This document shows, piece by piece, positions 51,365 through 63,100 of a stretch of 64,000 nucleotides of DNA. The position numbers and the translations under genes are program-made. The notes beneath the pieces were generated by a model. The model was given only the letters and a program-made list of their open reading frames with translations. It made no database searches and had not been told where the DNA came from. Within the stretch, counting starts at the first letter, position 1. Every line of letters starts with the position of its first letter. The stretch spans positions 1 through 64,000 of the forward strand of contig PEAD01000008.1 in the NCBI GenBank assembly GCA_002753335.1, read 5' to 3'. This stretch comes from Nitrospirae bacterium MYbin3 (lineage in GTDB: Bacteria; Nitrospirota; Thermodesulfovibrionia; Thermodesulfovibrionales; Dissulfurispiraceae).

Positions 51365-52159
51365 ATGATACGGAATACCTTTTCGATGCTTAACGGCATC
51401 GGCGAAAAACTTGAGCGCAGGATATGGCAGAGCGGAATCCTCACATGGAAAGATTTTTGCGAATGTAATGAAATCGAAGGGATAAGCGCAGATAGAAAGC
51501 ATGCTTATGATGATCAGCTTCTAAAGGCTTCCGAGGCGCTGGGCTCCAGAAACGCCGAATACTTTGCGGCTATGATGAAAAGGCGGGAGCATTGGCGGCT
51601 TTATGAACTGTTTAAAGAAGAGATTGTCTGCCTTGATATAGAGACCAACGGCTATCAGCACAACTCTGGCGGTTATGTCACGGTCGTAGGCCTTTATGAC
51701 GGGCACGAGTGTAAAACATTTGTGCGCGGCGAAAACCTGACCACAGAAAATCTGAACAGAGCCTTGTATGGCTATAAATGCCTGATCACATTCTATGGAT
51801 CAGGTTTTGATGTGCCTTTTCTTCAAAGATCTTTTCCGGGAGTATTATTCGACATTCCTCATTTTGATCTCTGTTATGCAGCCCGCAGGCTAAAGATCGA
51901 AGGCGGGCTTAAAAAACTTGAAGTCATGTTCGGAATAGACAGGGATGAAAACACAAGAGGCATGAACGGCTACGATGCGGTCAGGCTCTGGGAAGAGGTG
52001 AAACGAGGCAATCTTGCTGCAAAAGAACTTCTCCTGAAATACAACAAGGAGGACACCATGAATCTTTTCAGGCTGGCCGAAATCCTTTATGAAAAGCTTA
52101 AAGATTCCACCGGCATAAAAACATTTACCCGTTCAGAAAAGGTTTATGGATATCGTTAA
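51365..52159 (+). CDS. RNase H-like DEDD exonuclease (YprB-like)
   Basis: LDIET, TFYG..FDVPFL, HFDL, GGLKKLE, YNKED. Confidence 0.85.
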   Translation: MIRNTFSMLNGIGEKLERRIWQSGILTWKDFCECNEIEGISADRKHAYDDQLLKASEALGSRNAEYFAAMMKRREHWRLYELFKEEIVCLDIETNGYQHNSGGYVTVVGLYDGHECKTFVRGENLTTENLNRALYGYKCLITFYGSGFDVPFLQRSFPGVLFDIPHFDLCYAARRLKIEGGLKKLEVMFGIDRDENTRGMNGYDAVRLWEEVKRGNLAAKELLLKYNKEDTMNLFRLAEILYEKLKDSTGIKTFTRSEKVYGYR

Positions 52160-53021
52160 ATCTTTTGCTTCGTATCTTTCGGTCGAACGTGGCTTGTCTT
52201 CAAACACGGTTCAGTCGTACAGCCTTGACCTGCATGGATTTGATGAGTTTCTTGTGCATAAAGGCAAAGATATTAAGTCGTTTACCAGAGAGGATATAAC
52301 CGACTATTTTGAGAAACTAAAAAAGGCCGGCCAATCGGCAGCAAGCATAGCACGGCTGCTGTCTTCGATAAAAAGCCTCTGCAGATTTTTAATTATAGAA
52401 CGCATGATATCCGAAGATCCGACCGAAATATTGAAAGCGCCTAAACATTGGGAGCGGCTTCCAAAGTCTTTGGATGTTTCGGTCATAAAAGAGCTGCTCG
52501 AAATGAAAATAGAGAACAAAACTTTTCTAAGAGACGCAGCAATGCTTGAGCTTCTTTATTCTTCCGGATTAAGGGCAAGCGAAATAATATCTTTAAAGGT
52601 ACAGGACCTTCATGTTGATGCAGGATTTATCAGAATCATGGGCAAAGGTTCTAAAGAGCGCGTGGTGCCTGTAAACCGGCGTGCTATAGAGAGAATAGCA
52701 ACATACATGACCGACTTAAGGCCGGAACTGCTTAAGAACAAGCAGTCCGCCTATATCTTCCTTTCTAACCGGGGTGCCCCGATGACACGGCAGCGCTTCT
52801 GGCAGGCGCTCAAGGTTTTCGGGACGGCAGCAGGCATTAAACTCTCGCCGCATATGGTGAGGCACTCATTTGCCACGCATCTTCTCGGAGGCGGAGCTGA
52901 CCTAAGGTCCGTGCAAAAAATGCTGGGGCATTCGGATATAGCCACAACCCAGATTTATACTAAAGTTTCACGCGACAGGGTAAAGGAAGTTTTTATCAAG
53001 CATCACCCTCGCGCCAAGTAA
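52146..53021 (+). CDS. xerD: Tyrosine recombinase XerD
   Basis: ERGLSSNT, RDAAMLELLYSSGLRASE, GKGSKER, HMVRHSFATH, LGHSDIATTQIYT, HPRA. Confidence 0.93.
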   Translation: MDIVKSFASYLSVERGLSSNTVQSYSLDLHGFDEFLVHKGKDIKSFTREDITDYFEKLKKAGQSAASIARLLSSIKSLCRFLIIERMISEDPTEILKAPKHWERLPKSLDVSVIKELLEMKIENKTFLRDAAMLELLYSSGLRASEIISLKVQDLHVDAGFIRIMGKGSKERVVPVNRRAIERIATYMTDLRPELLKNKQSAYIFLSNRGAPMTRQRFWQALKVFGTAAGIKLSPHMVRHSFATHLLGGGADLRSVQKMLGHSDIATTQIYTKVSRDRVKEVFIKHHPRAK

Positions 53022-53047
53022 AAACAACAAACAGGGAGAACGATTAA

Positions 53048-54238
53048 ATGATACGAAAAGGTCTGATCGAAAAGTTTTTCGAAGCCGCAAGCATACAGCG
53101 CTGGAATGATCATGTGCGGCCGGTAGAGCTTACAGAACTTGATAAGCAGGCGCACAAAATGGTTATTGCGTATGTTGTGGCCAAGTTCGAGGAAACTGAA
53201 CGCGAAACTACGATCGACTGGATAAAGCTTATCGAAGGCGGCATCTTCGAGTTCCTGCACAGGGTTGTGCTCACAGATATAAAACCGCCGGTCTTTCACA
53301 AAATGATGGCCCAAAAAGGCAAAGAGCTGAACGCATGGATGCTTAAGCAGGTGGATGACGACATCAAGGGACTGCCGGCAGATTTCGCAGACAAATTCAG
53401 CGCATACCTTCTGAACCCTGATTATGCGAAACTCGAAAAGCGCATACTCAGGGCAGCCCATTATCTGGCCACCAACTGGGAGTTCAAAATAATCTATAAC
53501 ATAAACCCCTTTATTTACGGCATAGAAAAAACCAAAGAAGAGATAGAAAACCAGATAGAAGACCACTACGATCTTATCGGAGTTCAAAAGATTTCTCTCG
53601 GAAAAAAATCCTACGGCTTTATAGACCTCTGTGGACAGCTTAGGTTCCAGCAGCGATGGGCGCAGTCTCCAAGGATACCCAAGACCTCGGTGCTCGGACA
53701 TATGCTGATAGTTGCTATGCTGTCGTACCTCTGTTCAATAACGGTTAACGCCTGCCCCCAAAGAACCCGCAATAATTTCTTTGCAGCGCTTTTTCATGAC
53801 CTTCCGGAAGTGCTGACGCGTGACATCGTATCGCCGATAAAGGGTTCGGTCGAAGGTCTGCAGGACATAATAAAGGAGTACGAAAATATTCAGGTTGAGG
53901 AAAAACTCTTTCCTCTTCTGCCTCCTGCATGGCACGAAGAAATACGGTATTTTATTGAAGACGAATTTACCGGAAAGATCAAAGAAAATGGTGTGGTCAA
54001 AAAAAGTTCAAGCTCAAAAATAAACGCCAAATTCAACCATGATAATTTCTCGCCTGTTGACGGCGAACTGATAAGGGCCTGCGATGAGCTTGCCGCCTTT
54101 ATCGAGGCTTCGCTCTCGATCCAGCACGGCATAAAATCACATTACCTCGTTGACGGCAAACAGGCCCTTTTTGACAAATATAGGGCAAAAGAGATCGCAG
54201 GTATAGAGTTCGGCCCGATATTCGATTACTTCCACTGA
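53048..54238 (+). CDS. HD-domain phosphohydrolase (tandem YfbR-like domains)
   Basis: Two RW motifs; TSVLGH, HDLPEVLTRDIVSP, CDELAA. Confidence 0.82.
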   Translation: MIRKGLIEKFFEAASIQRWNDHVRPVELTELDKQAHKMVIAYVVAKFEETERETTIDWIKLIEGGIFEFLHRVVLTDIKPPVFHKMMAQKGKELNAWMLKQVDDDIKGLPADFADKFSAYLLNPDYAKLEKRILRAAHYLATNWEFKIIYNINPFIYGIEKTKEEIENQIEDHYDLIGVQKISLGKKSYGFIDLCGQLRFQQRWAQSPRIPKTSVLGHMLIVAMLSYLCSITVNACPQRTRNNFFAALFHDLPEVLTRDIVSPIKGSVEGLQDIIKEYENIQVEEKLFPLLPPAWHEEIRYFIEDEFTGKIKENGVVKKSSSSKINAKFNHDNFSPVDGELIRACDELAAFIEASLSIQHGIKSHYLVDGKQALFDKYRAKEIAGIEFGPIFDYFH

Positions 54239-54242
54239 CAAC

Positions 54243-55145
54243 ATGAAGCGCCTGTTTTGGCTTATTGAATTTGCTATACTGATCTTGCTCTCGCTGCCGT
54301 TTGCGTTGCTTCCAATGCGCATAGCCTTGAAAACCGGCGCGTTGCTGGGATCTTTTGTTTTCAACATCTGGACGAGCAGGCGCAAAATCGCTATAGAGAA
54401 CATACAAAAAACCATTGAACTGGGCGAAATCAAATCTTCTGATAAACCTGAGAAGATAGCCCTGGAATGTTTTAAGAATCTCGGCAGGTCGTTCATCGAA
54501 ATAATCAAGATTTATTACGGCTTCGGCAGTAACCTTGTTCAAGCAATCGAAATTAGAGGGCTCGAAAATTTCCTAAAGGCAAAAGAAAAAAACAAAGGCA
54601 TAATAATGATTACCGGACACTGCGGGAACTGGGAACTGTGCGCGCTGGCTATAAGCGCAAAAATCAGCGTTGCATCCGGAGTTGCGCGCAGGCAGAACAA
54701 CCCGTTCATGAACGCCGCAATAGAGAAGGTGAGGGCAGGATTTGGCAACAGCATAATATACAAACAGGGCGCGCTGAAAAGCATCCTCTCTGCGCTCAAG
54801 AAAAACAGCGTGGTTGGAATCTTGATAGATCAGGCTGTGGTAAGCGACGAAGGCTACATCATCGACTTCCTTGGACGCGGCGCGTGGGCCACTAAAATGC
54901 CTGCGCTTATAGCCCGAAAAACCGGCGCCCCTGTTCTGCCGGTTTTTATTAAAAGAGAGAACAGCGGACATCTGCTCACTGTTTGCCCCGAAATTGAGCT
55001 AAGTGCTCTTGAGGACAAAGAAGAGGCTCTGATTGCGGACACAAAACAGCTTATGCAGCCTATCGAAGAATATATCCGCCAGAACCCCTACGAATGGCTC
55101 TGGATTCACAGACGGTGGAAGAGAGTGCCCCCGTTGACTCAATAA
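54243..55145 (+). CDS. lpxL: Lipid A biosynthesis lauroyl/myristoyl acyltransferase
   Basis: GHCGNWE, LIDQ, FLG, PYEWLWIHRRWK. Confidence 0.9.
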   Translation: MKRLFWLIEFAILILLSLPFALLPMRIALKTGALLGSFVFNIWTSRRKIAIENIQKTIELGEIKSSDKPEKIALECFKNLGRSFIEIIKIYYGFGSNLVQAIEIRGLENFLKAKEKNKGIIMITGHCGNWELCALAISAKISVASGVARRQNNPFMNAAIEKVRAGFGNSIIYKQGALKSILSALKKNSVVGILIDQAVVSDEGYIIDFLGRGAWATKMPALIARKTGAPVLPVFIKRENSGHLLTVCPEIELSALEDKEEALIADTKQLMQPIEEYIRQNPYEWLWIHRRWKRVPPLTQ

Positions 55146-55149
55146 AAAG

Positions 55150-55177
55150 TTGCTTTTCTATTGTTTGCTGATATAAT
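55150..55177 (+). promoter_or_regulatory. sigma70 promoter with extended -10 upstream of receiver gene
   Basis: TTGCTT-N16-TATAAT with TGn before the -10. Confidence 0.55.
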
Positions 55178-55218
55178 TAAATTTACCTGATCATTTAATA
55201 TCAAACAACGGAGCCCCA

Positions 55219-55596
55219 ATGACATCCTCACAAAAAGAAAAATTAAAGGTTCTTTACGTTGAAGACGATGAGATAACCAAAGCGGCTGTCAGCATGTTCA
55301 TTTCCAGAGTGGCCGATGTTTATACCGCATCAAACGGAAAAGAAGGCTTCGATATGTTCATGCAGCACAGCCCTGATATAGTTGTAACCGATATTTCTAT
55401 GCCTGTGATGGACGGGAACAAGATGATAAGAATGATTATGCAGCATAACGAAAACACGCCTATTATAATCACCACAGCGTTTAACGATTCGGAGCATACG
55501 CTCTGCAAGTTTTACAGGATAGTTCCCAAGCCTTTTGATAAGGACGAGCTTATATCCGCTATTAGAGCGTGCGCTGAATATATAGGACAGGGGTAA
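55219..55596 (+). CDS. Single-domain response regulator
   Basis: LYVEDD, TDISMP, TTA, PKP. Confidence 0.92.
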   Translation: MTSSQKEKLKVLYVEDDEITKAAVSMFISRVADVYTASNGKEGFDMFMQHSPDIVVTDISMPVMDGNKMIRMIMQHNENTPIIITTAFNDSEHTLCKFYRIVPKPFDKDELISAIRACAEYIGQG

Positions 55597-55608
55597 AGGC
55601 TGGACTTT

Positions 55609-58467
55609 TCAGGCTAGGCAGGTTTTGTTTTTCCCTGTTCTTTTTGCCTCATACAAAGCATTGTCCGCTTTAGAAATGAGAAGCTCCAAACTGTTTGCAT
55701 CTATCGCATACGTGGCGATTCCTGAACTTATCGTGATACAAACATTTTTTTCGGCCGAAACATGTATCGGCATTTCCTGAATAACAGCCCTTGTTCTCTC
55801 GGCCACCTCGAAAGCTGTGTTCTTGTCGGTATTCGGCAGCACCAGCATGAATTCTTCTCCGCCATATCTTACACCTATATCCGCTAGGCGTATATTTTTC
55901 AATATCGCTTCTGAAACCCCGTTTAAAGCAGAATCCCCTGCATCGTGGCCATAGGTATCGTTGAACTGTTTGAAATTGTCTATATCAAAAAGCACCAGAC
56001 TGAGCGGTTGTTCGTTTCTGTCAGAAAGCGCAAGCTGTTTCTCTATAAATGTTTCGAAATAGCGGCGGTTGTAAAGTCCGGTAAGAGGGTCTATAAGTGC
56101 AAGCTTTTTATTGAGCTCAAGAAGCCGCATGTTGTTGATTACAGGCGTCAGCAAAGAAATAAAACTTTCGATCATCTCGCTCGTGCGGTCGTCGAAAAAG
56201 TTTATGGCATTACTGTAAATATGCAGAATGCCGGATACTGCCCCCCCAATATTTATCACTGTGCAATAATAGCTCCCGCCTTTTTCGTTATCAGGTCTGT
56301 AAGGACATGCATATTCATTTTGAATGTTGTTCACCGCAAAGGTTCCTGAATATATAAGCGATTTGCATTTGTCGTTTCCGGGAAACCGATAATCGGGCGT
56401 GCCGTCAGCGCAGTATTTTATGACGTCTATGCTTGTGTTAAGCTCGGCATCGATGTTGGTCAGGTATATGCAGTCTATTCTTCTTTTACTGCTGCCAAGC
56501 TTCAAAAGGTAGTGCCTAAAAATATCATAGGTCTCATTTTCGGTCAGCGCCATAGTAATATCTTTTGAAAAGGAGGCTATCGCATGCTGCATATTCTGGG
56601 TGATTTTCATTGCGGTGATGTCGGTTATGAAGGCGAACGCGCCTTCAACCCTGCCTGCCGCATTTTTTTGGGGTGAAGCCGAAACTATCGTATAAACCCT
56701 CGATCCGTTTTTGTGCAGCAGCGTTATTTCATAGCTTTCGGATATGCCGTGTTTGCGTTTTTCCAGCGCTTCGAAAAAAATATGTTTGTCACTTTCAAGC
56801 GCAAGGTCATAGATGTTTTTGCCTATAAGTTCTTCCACCCTGTATCCGAGAAGAGCTGACAAGGAAGGGTTTATGCGTCTGATAATACCTTCTAGCCCCA
56901 CCTCCCAGTGGCCTTCACGGGCGGTATCGAGTATCTTCTGATATCTCCTTTCTAATGTGTACAACTCGGTGATGTCGGTAAGCACCATAACAACTTCCCT
57001 GATTTTGCCATCTGCGCCAAAAGAGGGCGTAGCTGTCAGTTTAAGCCAAATTATATTGCCGTCGGTTCTGCGAATCCCTGCTATCAGATTAGACACAGGA
57101 TTGCCTATCTTAAAGACCCACGAAACCGGATGCGCCTCGCGGCCGAATGCATTTCCATCCTCATCTATAAAGATTATCTTTTTTGAATAATATGGCTCGT
57201 TGACCATATCTTCCCTCTTAAGTTCGAACATCTCGAGGGCAGAGAAGTTGATCTCTTTAACTATGTCGTCGCTGCCCACAACAAGAAGCCCTTCAGAAAG
57301 GGTTTTTAGAATATTTTCGAGACGGTTTCTCTCATTCTTAAGCGATTCGCTCTCGGCAAATCTGTCTGTGATATCTTTGAATAGACCGCTTGCGATCAAG
57401 CCGCTTATTCTAAAAGAGCCCTCGATAATTTTGCCTTTCACTTCGAATATGAAGCTGACCACACCTTCTTTGCCCACAGCCTTCCTTATAAAATCTCCCC
57501 ATTGCTCAGGCTTCGTGAGCAGGGACGATATATCGGTCCCTATAAGAGAATCAGGACTGATAAAGCCAAGCTCCACCGCCCCGTGCTTATTAACCCAGAG
57601 TATTCTCCCTTCGTCGTTCAGTTCAAGCTCCATAAACCCGGTCTGAAGTATATCGAGTGATTCCTTGAACCGCTGCGCCTGATCCCTGATCCCTTTTGCT
57701 ATGCTCTCATGAAGCATGTTCACGATGTCTGTCTGGGTTACCAAACCCTTGAGCTGCTGTCTGGAATCTATAACTACGAGATGCCGGATCTTTCGCTCAT
57801 TCATGATTTTGAGCGCATCGTAAAGAATAGTGTCTGTGCTTACATAGGCAATGTTTCTGGAGCAGACATCCCTTACGGGTGTTTCGGGCGGCGTTTGCTT
57901 ATACAGATGCCGGACCACGTCTCGTTCTGTAAATATGCCCTTTATCGCAGCTCCGGTTACAACTATAACGCAGCTCTTTCTTTCTTCGGCTATCTTTTCT
58001 ATGGTTGTTTTGAGGCTGGTGTCTGGCGATACGCTCAACACCTCTTTGCTCATTATGGCCTCGACTGTTGTGTGGACCTTGAAAAGTTCTTCATCAAGTT
58101 TTTTTAGTATGTCGGTTTGTGTAACTATTCCCTTCAGCTTGCCAGCCTTGTCGGTCACAACAAGCCTTCTTATGCGGTTTCTCTCCATCATGTCGAGCGC
58201 CACACTGATATCAGCGTTCTCATATACAGTAACCGGATTGGGAGACATCACTGCCGAAACAGGAATCGATGTAGCGTCAATGCCGGTGTTGGATGCGCGG
58301 GCAATGTCGCGCTCGGTGAGAATGCCTACAGGTATGGCTTCGTGAGTGATGATTATGCTGCTTATACTGTTGGACGCAAGCATCGCGATAGCATCGCCAA
58401 GCTTTGCATCTTTTGTGAGAGAAAATACATTGGATGTCGTAAGCTCATAAATCCTGCGATTCGACAC
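55609..58467 (-). CDS. Diguanylate cyclase with 4 CBS, PAS and GAF-like domains
   Basis: GILTERD/GIVTQTD/GIFTERD/GLVTQTD CBS repeats; DPLTGLYNRR, DIDNFK, RLAD I-site, RYGGEEF. Confidence 0.93.
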   Translation of the reverse strand: MSNRRIYELTTSNVFSLTKDAKLGDAIAMLASNSISSIIITHEAIPVGILTERDIARASNTGIDATSIPVSAVMSPNPVTVYENADISVALDMMERNRIRRLVVTDKAGKLKGIVTQTDILKKLDEELFKVHTTVEAIMSKEVLSVSPDTSLKTTIEKIAEERKSCVIVVTGAAIKGIFTERDVVRHLYKQTPPETPVRDVCSRNIAYVSTDTILYDALKIMNERKIRHLVVIDSRQQLKGLVTQTDIVNMLHESIAKGIRDQAQRFKESLDILQTGFMELELNDEGRILWVNKHGAVELGFISPDSLIGTDISSLLTKPEQWGDFIRKAVGKEGVVSFIFEVKGKIIEGSFRISGLIASGLFKDITDRFAESESLKNERNRLENILKTLSEGLLVVGSDDIVKEINFSALEMFELKREDMVNEPYYSKKIIFIDEDGNAFGREAHPVSWVFKIGNPVSNLIAGIRRTDGNIIWLKLTATPSFGADGKIREVVMVLTDITELYTLERRYQKILDTAREGHWEVGLEGIIRRINPSLSALLGYRVEELIGKNIYDLALESDKHIFFEALEKRKHGISESYEITLLHKNGSRVYTIVSASPQKNAAGRVEGAFAFITDITAMKITQNMQHAIASFSKDITMALTENETYDIFRHYLLKLGSSKRRIDCIYLTNIDAELNTSIDVIKYCADGTPDYRFPGNDKCKSLIYSGTFAVNNIQNEYACPYRPDNEKGGSYYCTVINIGGAVSGILHIYSNAINFFDDRTSEMIESFISLLTPVINNMRLLELNKKLALIDPLTGLYNRRYFETFIEKQLALSDRNEQPLSLVLFDIDNFKQFNDTYGHDAGDSALNGVSEAILKNIRLADIGVRYGGEEFMLVLPNTDKNTAFEVAERTRAVIQEMPIHVSAEKNVCITISSGIATYAIDANSLELLISKADNALYEAKRTGKNKTCLA

Positions 58468-58494
58468 TGTTTTCTCCGTATAGCGGCGTTTTGT

Positions 58495-59088
58495 TTAAAC
58501 CAGCTGCAAAAGCTTCTTTAACGAAGCATCTTCTATGTCCCGGTGCAGGCTGTTTCCGTGCGCATCCATCGTGACCACCGCAGGAAAACTTTCAACATCA
58601 ATCTCCCACATGGCTTCGGGTTCTCCGAACTCTTCGATTCTCCAACCCTTATTGACCTTTTTTATCCGGTCGGCAAGATAGGCTGCTGCTCCGCTTGCTG
58701 CCTGCAGATAAACGCAGCCATGCTCTTTGAGGGCGGCCGATGTGCTCGGCCCCATGCCGCCTTTGCCAAGGATGCCTCTGATACCGTAAAGCTTTATGAC
58801 ATCAGCAGCGTACATATCAACCCTCATGCTTGTCGTAGGGCCGGCCGCAATAAGCTTGTAGCCTTCGTCAGTTTTCCTTATTATGGGGCCACAGTGGTAT
58901 ATGATTCCGCCATCGAGACGGAACGGGATTTCTGATGCAGATGGCTTTTCGTTGCAGAGCATTTTGTGGACCTTGTCCCTGCCTGTAAGAATGCTGCCGT
59001 CCATCAGTACAAGGTCGCCGACTTTCAGTCCCAGTACATCATCTTTTGTGAGCGGCGTTCTGAATCTTTTTGCGCTGCCATTTACCAT
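58495..59088 (-). CDS. Fe-S hydro-lyase (fumarate/tartrate dehydratase) beta subunit
   Basis: GRDKVH, YHCGP, GPTTSMR, GKGGM, MDAHGNS. Confidence 0.92.
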   Translation of the reverse strand: MVNGSAKRFRTPLTKDDVLGLKVGDLVLMDGSILTGRDKVHKMLCNEKPSASEIPFRLDGGIIYHCGPIIRKTDEGYKLIAAGPTTSMRVDMYAADVIKLYGIRGILGKGGMGPSTSAALKEHGCVYLQAASGAAAYLADRIKKVNKGWRIEEFGEPEAMWEIDVESFPAVVTMDAHGNSLHRDIEDASLKKLLQLV

Positions 59089-59942
59089 ACAAACCGTCCT
59101 CTTCTGTTTGCCCAACAAGCAAATGATACATCCACAAAATAAGATGCAGGATGCCTGTGAGCCGCCGCGACCTTGACGCCTATTGTGGTGGTCTTTCCGC
59201 CGAGCCCGGCAGTGCCGATGCCAAGGTTGTTTATGTCATCGAACAGCTTCTTTTCGAATGCCGCAATCTCGGGAATGGGGCTGACATCATTGAGCTTTCT
59301 TAAAAGCTGTTTTTTTGATAATGCGGTCACCTGATCTTTGGCTCCGCCTATCGCCACGGTTACGGTATAAGGCGGGCAGCCTCTGCCCTGAGATTTAAAC
59401 ACAGCATCCAGCACGCATTTCCTTACCCCTTCAAGATCGCGTTCAACCTTTATGCTCTGGCCTCCTGTATCAAGAGTGCCGGGCAGTTTGTATATCTGCC
59501 CTATGTTTTCGCTGCCGCCGCCCTTCAGCATAAGATCGATTGTAAGGGCCTGATCCGGAGTTGATTCGATATGTATAACAGGAAAAAGTTCGCCTGTGTT
59601 GTCGCCCGAATTCTTTTCTGTAACTGTATCAACCGCATTGGCACGCAGCGGAATCTTTTGCGTTGCAAGGCGTGTGGCCTCAACAATAACCTTCCTTAAA
59701 AGTTCATGGCTTAAGCCCACCGGCACCTTAGCATAAAATACCGGAAAGCCTGTGTCCTGACATATCGGCACCGCAGAGTTTCTGGCTATCGAGATGTTTT
59801 CGAGAATTATCTCAAGACTGTTTTTGGCAAGAGGCTCTGTCTCCTCCTGCAGCGCTTTTTTAAGAGCATCCTCAACATCACGTGGTATGGATGTGGCCAC
59901 CTTCTTGTAAAGCTCGACTATCCCGTCACGAAGCTTAAGCAA
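59082..59942 (-). CDS. Fe-S hydro-lyase (fumarate/tartrate dehydratase) alpha subunit
   Basis: PICQDTG, KGGGSEN, GCPP, GLGG, HPAS, CWA. Confidence 0.93.
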   Translation of the reverse strand: MLKLRDGIVELYKKVATSIPRDVEDALKKALQEETEPLAKNSLEIILENISIARNSAVPICQDTGFPVFYAKVPVGLSHELLRKVIVEATRLATQKIPLRANAVDTVTEKNSGDNTGELFPVIHIESTPDQALTIDLMLKGGGSENIGQIYKLPGTLDTGGQSIKVERDLEGVRKCVLDAVFKSQGRGCPPYTVTVAIGGAKDQVTALSKKQLLRKLNDVSPIPEIAAFEKKLFDDINNLGIGTAGLGGKTTTIGVKVAAAHRHPASYFVDVSFACWANRRGRFVW

Positions 59943-60160
59943 ATCAACGCCTCCGGCTTGTTAGTGTGTTATAGAAAGTATAGCATTTTCGGGCTGCGGG
60001 TTTTTATAAATGACCGGGTTTGAAAGGAACGAAACATTACGAAACCGCTTTTTTGAGGAAATCGGAGCGGAGAATAAGAGTTTTGGTATCGGCTTCTTGG
60101 ATAAGGCTACAACGGACCAAAGGCCATAACGGTTAGTTGTAAATATAATTTTATCGAATA

Positions 60161-63100
60161 CTATTTGTCTAGGACTTCTCTGACCTTTCTTGCTAATATG
60201 ATGGGATTGATAGGCTTTGAAATAAACTCAAACCCCTCTTTCAATATCCCTTTTCTTGAAATTATATCGTCTGTGTAGCCGCTCATAAATATTGTCTTAA
60301 TATCACTTCGGTGTTTGCTTATTTCTTCATATGCTTCTTTACCATTTTTTATCGGCATTATTACATCAAGCAGCAGAAGTTCTATCGCGTCCTTATTCTG
60401 AAGAAATTTCATCACAGCGTCCTCGCCGCTAATGGCTTCAATAATTTTATAGCCGTACTCTTGAAGGGTCAGGCTGATTATTTTTCTGACTCTTTCATCA
60501 TCCTCAGCTACAAGTATAATCTCACCTTTACCAAAAGAGATGGCCGGATCAGTTTCAACCAAAGTCTCTGTTGGTTTATTTGCCAGGGGCAGATAAATCT
60601 TGAAAGTTGTCCCCTTGCCTAGTTCGCTATACACAATGATATTGCCGCCATGCTGTTTGACTATTCCGTATACCATAGCCAGTCCCAATCCAGTGCCTTT
60701 GCCTATTCCTTTTGTTGTAAAGAATGGCTCAAATATGTTCTCCTTGGTTTTCTTGTCCATGCCTATTCCAGTATCTGATACCGTTAGCAATGCATACCGC
60801 CCGGGGCTTTCAAAAAGGTTTTCCTCAGCATAATTTTTATCTACAGTAATCTCTTCTGTCTGTATAACTAAATGTCCGCCATCAGCCATTGCATCGCGAG
60901 CATTGGTAGCGAGGTTCAATAAGACCTGCTCTATCTGCGATGAGTCAACAAGCACAGGAAGTGCATCGTTTAAAAGAATACTGTTTAGCTCTATGTCTTC
61001 TCCTATAACCCTCACAAGCATTGTGTGCATTTTCTTGACTATAGAGTTAAGGTCTACCTGTTTTAGGCTGATAGTCTGCTTTCTGCTGAAGGCAAGTAGG
61101 CTCTTAGTCAATTCTGCTGCTCTATCTGCTGAAGATAATACCTCACTTATAAAATCCCTTGCTTTTTCATCGTCCTTAATTCTCTTTTGCGCCATTGTGC
61201 CGAATCCGATGATAGCCTGCAGTATGTTGTTAAAATCATGCGCTACTCCTCCTGCAAGCGTCCCTATTGCCTCCATCTTTTGCGATTGGCGGAGCTGGTT
61301 TTCGAGATTCTTGTGCTCGGTGATATCCAGCACAATGCCTTCTATGATTAAATCATCATCACTGCGTTTTAAGACAATTGAGCGATCATTTACCCATCGC
61401 CAATCACCATTACTATTGCGAAGTCTGTAGCGAACCTCAAACATCTTGCTCTCTTCGGCATCGTTTATAGCTTGTATTACAATATTCTTGTCATCAGGAT
61501 GTATTGATTCGCTCCAGAGCATTGGATTATCGTAGAGTGTCTTTATAGAACATCCAAAAAGCTCGGCTGCTTTAGGAGAGTAGAATAGGCCGCCACGCTT
61601 AGTCGAAAAACGATAAAAGACAGCTGGCGAATTTTCCATCATAGAGCGGTATTGTTTATCTTTCTCGGTCAGTGCTTCTTCAGCCTTTTTCTGCCTTATA
61701 ACCTTAAACACACTATCCATAAGCAGCTGCAACTGGAGAATATCTATTTGGGTGTAGTCATTGCTCTTATTGGCTACGCCCACGACCGCAATAATCCTAT
61801 TATCATTGAAAACTGGAACTGTCATGTACTTGAAAAGCCGCACATGCCCTTCCGGATAACCTTTTTTAAGGGAATTTTCGGCCTCAAAGTCGTTGACAAT
61901 AATTTCTTTGCGCTGCCTTACAGCCTCTCCCCATATGCCTGTATTATCAAGTTCGTAGCAGGTTTCAGGTTTTGTAATAGAACATTCCTTCATAACATCT
62001 TTGGACCAGCTATTTAAAATAAATTGCCTTCGGTCCTCATCATAATGGTAGATATACCCTATTTTGCTTTCGGTTAGTTTTATAGCTTCTGAAAGGGCAT
62101 AGTCTAAAAAACTCTGCATGTTTTCCCATGGGTATTGCAAAATATTCACAAGACTGACAAGGCGAGTTCGGTTTTTGTTTTCTTCTTCTTCAGATCTTTT
62201 TCGCTCGGTGACATCTCTGCAGGTAGAAAGAATAAATGACCTGTTCTGAGTCCGAACATAACAGGCATTTACTTCCGTAGGGATGACTTTGCCATCCTTG
62301 GTGATATGTTCAGTATCGAAAATATAACTGCCGTATTCAGTTATTTTGGATATTCTCTCAGTCGCATACTGGGCATGTTCTGGGCTGTCTATTTGGGTCA
62401 CATGCATTGAACGCAGTTCTTCTTTGTTATATTTATACCTGATGCAGACTACTTCGTTGACATCAATAATTTCACCTTTCTCGCCTACGATGAAAATAGC
62501 GTCAGCAGATTTATCAAAAAGTGTGCGGAAATTTTCCTCGCTTGCTTTAAGATCTTCCTTTGCTTTTTCTTTTTCGAGAATCTCGGTCTCAAGGCTTTTT
62601 GTCTTTTCCTTTACCCGCTGCCTCAGTCCGGTATTAAAGAAAAATAGCACAATTATCGCAAACAATCCTGAACCTACAGAACCTGTTAGCATAAACGCCA
62701 TGTATGCTTCCTTTTCTATTGGAACTCTCATGGATTCAACAGCTCTTATTTCCCCGACCTTCTCATGAAATCCTCCCTCCAATGGATACAGTTTTCTCAA
62801 TCCAATAGGCGCATCTTCAGGATTACCATGGCAACGCATGCAGCGCTGTTCATTTTTCAGAAAGGGAATTGCATAATACAAATATTTTTCACCTTTTACA
62901 GTTACAACCTCTTCGTATTCTTTGACTGAGGGATTTTCATTGAAAAGTTTGATTAGTTTTGCCTCTCGCTCATCTGCTTTGTTAACAGGATTTCGGGGGT
63001 TGTTGGCCGCCATTTTGTAATAAATTGGTCTCATTCCGTCTTTTTGACGTTCTTCATTGTAAAGACCGTGCATTGTTCTAACTATGTAAGACGATGACAG

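Noticed and set aside
52146..53021. Tyrosine recombinase as the integrase of a mobile element
   Set aside because: Housekeeping XerD signatures (ERGLS.NT, HPRA end), core-gene context and no att sites
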